A stretch of 64,000 nt of DNA. Origin: an uncultured Candidatus Bathyarchaeia archaeon. GTDB lineage: Archaea; Thermoproteota; Bathyarchaeia; Bathyarchaeales; Bathyarchaeaceae. Positions 29,453 to 35,618 of the stretch are shown here, piece by piece. The stretch is taken from assembly GCA_964623205.1 (NCBI GenBank), contig CAZUQX010000007.1:12665-76664 (forward strand). The letters run 5' to 3'. Below the pieces are notes generated by a model, which saw only the letters and a list, made by a program, of their open reading frames with translations, was not told the origin of the DNA and searched no databases. Position numbers and translations under genes: made by a program. How positions within the stretch are numbered: position 1 is the stretch's first letter; every line of letters begins with the position of its first letter.

Positions 29453-30007
29453 GTGCAGAAGATGAGTGCGAGCAAAATCAGGGGAAAGATTTTGGTAGTG
29501 TTGTGGGCTGCTGGAAAGCCGATTACCCTTCAAGGGATAGCTGAAAAAGTAGGATTAAATTCATCCTCAACAATGGGATACGTGCTAGGTCTCATAAAAG
29601 CAAAATACGTTTCTGTGCCTCAGAAACATTCCTACGCCATAACAAATCTGGGCAAACAAGCGTTAGGGCTGCCAAAAGTAGACAAGAAACTGGTATCGAA
29701 CATTCTGAGTCCCGTCTCCATAGAAAGAGCCTTCCATTTCTACTATGATCTCAATCAGTACTCTGGCATTCATGCAGACAGCCTCCAAGATTTCGTTGAA
29801 AAAATCCAAGCGGTCGATTTGAAGTCCATCGAATTCCATATTCCACGAAAAGACTTTGAACTTTGGATTCGCTCGCTGGGAGACCTAGAACTCTCCAAGA
29901 AGTTAGAATTGCTGCGAATGGCACAGTTGTCTGGAGAAAGCCTCAGAAAAGAGCTCTACGAAACCATTAAGTCCAGATGCGAAGAACTGACGAGGCTTTC
30001 CCTCTAA
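29453..30007 (+). CDS. wHTH protein fused to the same about 90-aa module found at the C-terminus of the GH57 enzyme
   Basis: N-terminal RGKILVVLWAAGKPITLQGIAEKVGLNSSSTMGYVLGLIKAKYV is wHTH-like. Residues about 92-184 (FHFYYDL..SG....SLQDFVEKIQAVDLKSIEFHIPRKDFELWIRSLGD) align with GH57 residues 427-516. Confidence 0.55.
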   Translation: MQKMSASKIRGKILVVLWAAGKPITLQGIAEKVGLNSSSTMGYVLGLIKAKYVSVPQKHSYAITNLGKQALGLPKVDKKLVSNILSPVSIERAFHFYYDLNQYSGIHADSLQDFVEKIQAVDLKSIEFHIPRKDFELWIRSLGDLELSKKLELLRMAQLSGESLRKELYETIKSRCEELTRLSL

Positions 30008-30096
30008 AGAGTGCAAATAACTGCAACTGCTTTCAAGCGCGCAATCTTTTAGAATATGTAGGCGGTTCTATCAAACGAAGAAAAAAGGGGAAAGAG

Positions 30097-31224
30097 TTAG
30101 GAGTCCACCTTCACGAACCTCTTCTTCAACTTTTCCAAGACCTTTGGTAACGTAGTATATTCCATAGCATGAGAACTCAGACGCGCAGGCTCAAATTCTC
30201 CCATGCGACGAAGAACCGCGGCGTACTCTATTGCTTCTCGCCGAGCTAGATCAAAGGCTGGGTCCTCAAACAGGTCGCTTATCAGGGGCTCGCCGTTGTC
30301 GTCGCTGACAATCATCCCGTTGCCGACCTGAAAGCCGAGAGCCACAATCCGCGGGGGGCCATCAAAGACGGTGCATCGACTATCCTTCAAGCCCACAGGC
30401 ATGAGTGGACCCCAGTGACTCCCGCGCATCCACCCTTCCACGAAATAGCTGTGCATGTATGGAGCAAGAACCTCCCCAAGCGCTGGCAAGCCGTGCTGAG
30501 ACCTTACAATCGAGACAGGATCATCCTTTCCCACGTATTTACCTGCAATCAACGACAGTCTTGTTATGCTCGTGGCGCCGCATATCAGGTTATCTCTAGC
30601 TCGCCGCACATGCGAGACTACGTAACGCTCAGGCGTCCCTATCAAGGCTATCAACTCGTACATCTCTTCGGGACACTTCAAAATTACCTTCTTGTTTTCT
30701 ATCACGTCAAGAACCTCAAACTTAAAGCCCCCTATCATACTCGGGTCAATCACAAGGCCTGCAGTGTTGCTCGGGTCTCCAAATATTTTGAACATGGGAA
30801 AATTGAAGGCGCCGGGTTCAGTTTTGTCGGCAGCGAAGACAACTATTGGGTCTGAGCCGCGTTCCTCGATTTCCATCTCAGCTACGCCAGGGCCCATCCC
30901 CCGTATGTTTCCGCTAAAAGCCGTTTTTAGAAGATCCTGTCCTGCACCATAGAGTTTGAGAACTTTTGCTTTGTTGGCAGCTTCTTGGAAAATTTTCCAT
31001 GCCAGTTTGTGGATTTCGAGGTTGCTTTCTCCTTTCTGGTGTACCATGAGGAGTTCAAGGTCGTCCCCTGCGTTGAATACATAATAGCTGTTGATAAGTC
31101 CCTTATTTTGTGCTTCTTGTAACCGTTTTTTTCCAATATCAATGAGAGGCTTAGGCACTATGTGGTGCCCAGCTAGTGACCCTACATCAGCTTTAATAAT
31201 CGAAATAGTAGTTTTTTCCGTCAT
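30097..31224 (-). CDS. fbp: Fructose-1,6-bisphosphate aldolase/phosphatase (class V FBPase)
   Basis: 375 aa. N-terminal ISIIKADVGSLAGHH plus overall colinearity with archaeal FBPA/P. Confidence 0.9.
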   Translation of the reverse strand: MTEKTTISIIKADVGSLAGHHIVPKPLIDIGKKRLQEAQNKGLINSYYVFNAGDDLELLMVHQKGESNLEIHKLAWKIFQEAANKAKVLKLYGAGQDLLKTAFSGNIRGMGPGVAEMEIEERGSDPIVVFAADKTEPGAFNFPMFKIFGDPSNTAGLVIDPSMIGGFKFEVLDVIENKKVILKCPEEMYELIALIGTPERYVVSHVRRARDNLICGATSITRLSLIAGKYVGKDDPVSIVRSQHGLPALGEVLAPYMHSYFVEGWMRGSHWGPLMPVGLKDSRCTVFDGPPRIVALGFQVGNGMIVSDDNGEPLISDLFEDPAFDLARREAIEYAAVLRRMGEFEPARLSSHAMEYTTLPKVLEKLKKRFVKVDS

Positions 31225-31404
31225 TCTACCCCTACACCCTTCGTACTAGCCTTTCTAGTGTGACGGTCTTAAAAGATCTCCCTAACAACCCCGCCGTCTT
31301 GTTCCAGTAACAACCACTTCAGGCAAGATAAGAGACAAACTTCAATAAAACCCGTGTTTACATATGTTCTCAACTGCTAATCCCCAGAAGAGAGGAAACG
31401 AAGA

Positions 31405-32256
31405 ATGAAGATCGTATTCTCGCAAAAATGTCTGGAGTACAGTTGGCCTGGACACATCGAAAGACCTGAACGAGTTAGAAAAGCGCTTGAACTCCTAGAA
31501 AGGCAATATGATTTCCTGGAGCCTAAGCCAGCTTCACGGGAAGACCTATTGAGGGTTCACACCAGAGAATACGTTGACTTGATCGAGACTGCAGAGGCTG
31601 GAAGCTACTTGGATGGGGACACACCAGTGCCTGAAAACATCTACGAGTATGCTCGTCTTTCTGCTGGTGCAACGGTGTTGGCTGCCAAGGAAAAGGGGTT
31701 TTCTTTCATGAGACCTCCGGGTCATCATGCTGGCAGAAACGGTAGAACCTTGGGAGTAGCAACCTTGGGCTTCTGTTACTTCAACAACATCGCAGTAGCT
31801 ACCAGAAAACTGGGCGTACCCACCTTGATTCTGGACATTGACGGACATCATGGAAACGGGACTCAAGAGGTTTTCCAAGGAGACCCCAAAGTTACATTCA
31901 TCTCCTTGCATAGGTCCCCCACCTATCCGGGAACAGGTCTTAGGTCGCATGGTAACTGTTTGAATTTTCCTTTGTCGTATCCTGCTGGTGATTCGTTATA
32001 TCTGGAGACTTTGCAGAAAGCGTTGAATCAGGTAGAAATGGCAAATATCGAGTTGGTTGGGATTTCAGCGGGTTTTGATGCTCACCAAGGAGACTTGGCT
32101 TCGTTGGGTTTGACACCTGAGGGATACCGAGAGATTGGAAAAAGGGTGGGAGCCTTAGAGAAGCCAGTCTTCGGTGTGCTAGAAGGGGGTTACATAAGCG
32201 AATTCGTAGGCAGAGACGTGCATGAACTCATCCAAGGAATCGAAGAGAAGCACTGA
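31405..32256 (+). CDS. Histone deacetylase-family (AcuC/acetylpolyamine amidohydrolase-like) Zn hydrolase
   Basis: 283 aa. RPPGHHA, ILDIDGHHGNGTQ, GFDAH and EGGY motifs. Confidence 0.8.
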   Translation: MKIVFSQKCLEYSWPGHIERPERVRKALELLERQYDFLEPKPASREDLLRVHTREYVDLIETAEAGSYLDGDTPVPENIYEYARLSAGATVLAAKEKGFSFMRPPGHHAGRNGRTLGVATLGFCYFNNIAVATRKLGVPTLILDIDGHHGNGTQEVFQGDPKVTFISLHRSPTYPGTGLRSHGNCLNFPLSYPAGDSLYLETLQKALNQVEMANIELVGISAGFDAHQGDLASLGLTPEGYREIGKRVGALEKPVFGVLEGGYISEFVGRDVHELIQGIEEKH

Positions 32257-32297
32257 AAACTCAACTCCATGCAGATTAGGAGACTAATAACAGCGTA

Positions 32298-32317
32298 TTG
32301 TTGAAAACATCCAACTA
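32298..32317 (+). repeat. attL-like site: core TTGTTGAAAA + inner arm CATCCAACTA
   Basis: Read directly: 32298-32307 is the core and 32308-32317 is the arm. The arm is the exact reverse complement of 49129-49138. Confidence 0.65.
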
Positions 32318-32414
32318 TTTGTTTGATTTTCTGTTTGGGATTTCATCTCTTTCACCAAAACGGTTCTTAGGTATCTCTAAGCTTATTTAAATTATTCGAA
32401 AGGGCTTTTTACAA

Positions 32415-33785
32415 TTATTCTGCAGGTTCATAAGATTTCCAGAAATGGAGTGTGTTCCCTGCCTTCTTGATAATATCATTATATGTTAATACTTCCACAT
32501 TATGAAAGCTCTCTTTCAATAGCGTTAGTTTCTCTTTTTGAACTTTTGTTAGTCTTGTTCCAGAAAGTGCTCCTATTACGGCTATTCCCTTTGAATTATA
32601 ACCCAATGATGTTTGTTCAATATAATAATCAACAGCTTGATTTATACCATCGTATACTTTCTTTGATAACGTGCCATCCTTATTGAATATCGGGTCATTT
32701 GCTTCTTCAAGTTCGATTAAAACACATTTGTCTAATCCATCGATACGTTCAATTATGAAATCCGCATGTTTTCTTTTGCCGATTTTTGTGTCTCCTGTTA
32801 GTTTTCCATCTGGAGTAATGTCTGAAAGGATTTTCTTGTCGAAATATTCTATACCTAAAAGCCAATAATCTTTTGCTAGCAGTTTATGTATAGCTTTTTC
32901 ATCTTTTTTCACAGAATCTTGGTGTCTTTTAATTTGTTTTTTAAATTTCCTTAAACTTCTCTGCAGTTTTTCATATCTGTCCATCATTTTGGACATTTCT
33001 GGTAGTTTCTTAATTATTTTGTTCTGGTCTCTCCTTGATAATTTAGAAAGTTGTTTAATGAAAAGTCGAGATACTTTAGATTTTAGAAGTGAATTTAATA
33101 ATTCCCCAACCTCTTCTTCACCAAGTTTCTCTATCACTTCAATGAACGTTTTGAGTTGTATTTTTGGAGCTTTGGGTTTGAGTTTCACATACTCCTTAAT
33201 AATTTCTGTCCCTAACGGTGAGTGCTCCAAGGCTTTTTTCAATTTCATTTTTTGTTCGGCAGTCATTCTGTCAAATTCTTTAATCAGATTCTCCAAAATG
33301 TTGTAATATGAATTTTTCAGTTCATTAACCAATGCATTTGGGGATTTACCTTTAAAGAAATGCTGCGGAACTTTTTTAGAAAAATCACCCCAAATTTTAT
33401 GGGAATACTTATTTAGCCTTAATTCATTAACGGCAGAATCTATTTTCTTGCCGTATTTGACATAAACATCAAAATTAATTTTAACCCAATTTTTCCCATT
33501 TTCCGTGGTTTTATAATAGGGTGCAAAGTGTTTTCCCTTGAAAAAAAGCAATTCAAAATTTTCTAATCCATCATATTCCTTTTTCATGCAGCTTAACATG
33601 TGTCTCAATTTGGTGAAACCGTATTTAATCCAATTCTCTTTCTCTTCTTTTGAGGGTCTAAATGCAAAGTAAATTTCTTTCTCCTTCAAATCGTCATAAA
33701 ATCTCCATTGTGTGCCACAACAAAATTTGTCGATTACTTGAAATTCAGGTGATGCGGGAACGCTTTTTAATTGTTTATCAATCAT
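32415..33785 (-). CDS. Shedu-like (DUF4263-type PD-(D/E)xK nuclease) defence protein with long helical N-terminal region
   Basis: 456 aa. The C-terminal part reads KAIHKLLAKDYWLLGIEYFDKK...KRKHADFIIERIDGLDKCVLIELEEAN...INQAVDYY...IAVIG. This follows the DUF4263 pattern as I remember it (pwLlG...Dfl....vivE.K...Q...Y). Confidence 0.55.
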   Translation of the reverse strand: MIDKQLKSVPASPEFQVIDKFCCGTQWRFYDDLKEKEIYFAFRPSKEEKENWIKYGFTKLRHMLSCMKKEYDGLENFELLFFKGKHFAPYYKTTENGKNWVKINFDVYVKYGKKIDSAVNELRLNKYSHKIWGDFSKKVPQHFFKGKSPNALVNELKNSYYNILENLIKEFDRMTAEQKMKLKKALEHSPLGTEIIKEYVKLKPKAPKIQLKTFIEVIEKLGEEEVGELLNSLLKSKVSRLFIKQLSKLSRRDQNKIIKKLPEMSKMMDRYEKLQRSLRKFKKQIKRHQDSVKKDEKAIHKLLAKDYWLLGIEYFDKKILSDITPDGKLTGDTKIGKRKHADFIIERIDGLDKCVLIELEEANDPIFNKDGTLSKKVYDGINQAVDYYIEQTSLGYNSKGIAVIGALSGTRLTKVQKEKLTLLKESFHNVEVLTYNDIIKKAGNTLHFWKSYEPAE

Positions 33786-33829
33786 TTATGTCGGATTCCA
33801 TCTAAACTATCCAATCATTGTGAAGTGAC

Positions 33830-34342
33830 TCAACCACGATTTTTATCAACCTCGTATTCTGCCTCTCCCTCTTCGACTCCTTTCCTCGCCTTTTCATATG
33901 CTTCTCTGGGAATTTGAAGTGAATTCTGATTTAGTTCGTTTCTAAGACATGAAAATTCCTTCAGGATTTTAGTTAGTTTATCAATCGAGCTTTCATTAAC
34001 AATATCAATCTCTCGGAATATTCTCACTCTGTTTCTCAGCGAATTGTATTTGTTGCCAGCATCTTGATGCGAACAGGTTTTTTCATTGGGATTAAGAAAT
34101 GTAATAATTGCTGTTAGTGCAGCAACGACAATAGCCATGAAAGCAGTAATGATTTCATGATAGGAAAATTGTGTTAGGGCTGAGACTCCAGAAAGTGCAG
34201 CCAATACTACTGCGGGCAAACCCAAATATCGGTGAATATTTCGCCATTTGTTTGCAGCTTCAAAATGTCCTTTTGCCGAATATAGGCAATCTTCTTCTAT
34301 TCTTTTCGCCTCATCAACAATCTTTGCTTTCAGGTCTACCAT
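33830..34342 (-). CDS. SLATT-type 2TM effector-like protein
   Basis: 170 aa. An N-terminal helix (YSAKGHFEAANKW) is followed by two TM helices (LGLPAVVLAALSGVSAL / ITAFMAIVVAALTAIITFL) and a helical tail (HQDAGNKYNSLRNRVRIF). Its start lies 11 nt after the stop of the upstream NTase gene, with GAGGT between them. Confidence 0.6.
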   Translation of the reverse strand: MVDLKAKIVDEAKRIEEDCLYSAKGHFEAANKWRNIHRYLGLPAVVLAALSGVSALTQFSYHEIITAFMAIVVAALTAIITFLNPNEKTCSHQDAGNKYNSLRNRVRIFREIDIVNESSIDKLTKILKEFSCLRNELNQNSLQIPREAYEKARKGVEEGEAEYEVDKNRG

Positions 34343-34353
34343 TTTACTACCTC

Positions 34354-35286
34354 TTAATAATATGAAGGAAAATGAGAATCAAAAACTAGGTTCCACCAGT
34401 AGAAAGCGTCAGAAATCTTTTCATTTTTTTCGGTTTCTCTCGCCTTATTTGCACGAATCAAAGCAGTTTGCAATTTTGAATATGCCTCTTGTTTTTGTGC
34501 TTCAGTTTGGCAAGCAGGAATAACCCCTGATATTCCCATTGGGTCTTGAATTCCTGCAAGACTATTACTATACAATTGGCTGAGGATTTTTCTAACATCA
34601 TATGAATACTCAATATAATCCTCACCAGAGGCGTATTTTGTTACACGTAATTCAAGGTAAAAAGATGAAATAGGAACGTTTCTAAAATACTTCCAAGCCT
34701 TTAAGAATCTAACAAGAGGTTTAACCTTGTAACCTTTCTCTTTATTAACATAAGTAACCCATGAATTATGGGCTTTTGGGGAAGAGTTCATCCATCCTCC
34801 ATTCCCATCGGGAATTTCGTAGATGTTATAGCCATTACTGCTTGTTTTGATGAAATCCGCAGGAACAACCTCAGTTGATTCTGAGGCATCTCTTCCAAAT
34901 GGAACCCAAACGGCAGGTGTTCTTACCGAAACGCCTGTATTTGGAAATCTAACATCAAGGGCATTCCGCATCTTACGAAGAGTTGTAAGGGAGTTTTCAT
35001 TTAAATTGCCTGATGGTATAACAGCGAAATAATCGACATCGCTATAACCACGAATACTGGTTGCATTCCCAAATGACCCTGTTTTGAAAAAATGTGTCAT
35101 TCCAAAGCTTGATACAAGACATGCTTTTATTGAATCACGATGTCCCTTTGCAGCCTCCGATTCTGTCAAAGTTGGCGTAAGACGACTATGAAATTCTTTA
35201 AATCCTTCTTCAACGGTCTTAGCCAAATCCTCACAACTCCGATAGTTTTTTCTTGAAGTAAAATATGAAGAATGGAACGCCACCAA
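34354..35286 (-). CDS. SMODS / CD-NTase-like minimal nucleotidyltransferase (putative second-messenger synthase); start uncertain
   Basis: TGSFGNATSIRGYSDVDYFAVIP (G-S...D-x-D), TEVVPADF (third acidic residue), W..SSPKAH and RFLKAWKYF...SSFYLEL. The ORF-track start is a TTG that overlaps the upstream small ORF. An alternative TTG at 35226 lies just after that ORF's stop. Confidence 0.65.
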   Translation of the reverse strand: MVAFHSSYFTSRKNYRSCEDLAKTVEEGFKEFHSRLTPTLTESEAAKGHRDSIKACLVSSFGMTHFFKTGSFGNATSIRGYSDVDYFAVIPSGNLNENSLTTLRKMRNALDVRFPNTGVSVRTPAVWVPFGRDASESTEVVPADFIKTSSNGYNIYEIPDGNGGWMNSSPKAHNSWVTYVNKEKGYKVKPLVRFLKAWKYFRNVPISSFYLELRVTKYASGEDYIEYSYDVRKILSQLYSNSLAGIQDPMGISGVIPACQTEAQKQEAYSKLQTALIRANKARETEKNEKISDAFYWWNLVFDSHFPSYY

Positions 35287-35431
35287 TTCCAGTAAAGATT
35301 ATCCTGAAAGTTTCGTTATTAAGATAGAGTAAGGAATCAATTACGCTGGCTGTTGCGTAAATCCCGATGATAGCGATTATTGGTATAACAAAGAAGTCTT
35401 TAATCGCCTTTTCAACTCTGTCTTCGCCCAT
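35231..35431 (-). CDS. 66-aa two-TM peptide, first gene of the cassette
   Basis: ATG at 35431 is preceded by GGAGGAG (complement of 35438-35444) with a 6-nt spacer. There are two hydrophobic helices (FFVIPIIAIIGIYATASVI, IIFTGIGGVPFFIFYF). Confidence 0.45.
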   Translation of the reverse strand: MGEDRVEKAIKDFFVIPIIAIIGIYATASVIDSLLYLNNETFRIIFTGIGGVPFFIFYFKKKLSEL

Positions 35432-35437
35432 GTAATT

Positions 35438-35485
35438 CTCCTCCTGATGATAGTTTGTTTAATATTTTGTAGCGATATATTTAAA
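35438..35485 (-). promoter_or_regulatory. SD (GGAGGAG) and TATA-like box (TTTAAATATAT on minus strand) upstream of the 4-gene cassette
   Basis: 35475-35485 ATATATTTAAA lies about 45-55 nt upstream of the ATG at 35431, inside a 187-bp AT-rich gap after the RM gene. Confidence 0.35.
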
Positions 35486-35618
35486 TGTTTGGACATAAAT
35501 ATTAAATTACTCTTTGTTATCAACTGGATTTTTGGTAATTGGCTTTTGAGTTAAACTACCCAAAGAAAAAGAAACATATGGAGAGAGTCAAATGAAACTG
35601 CTAACTCTGAAATGAAAA

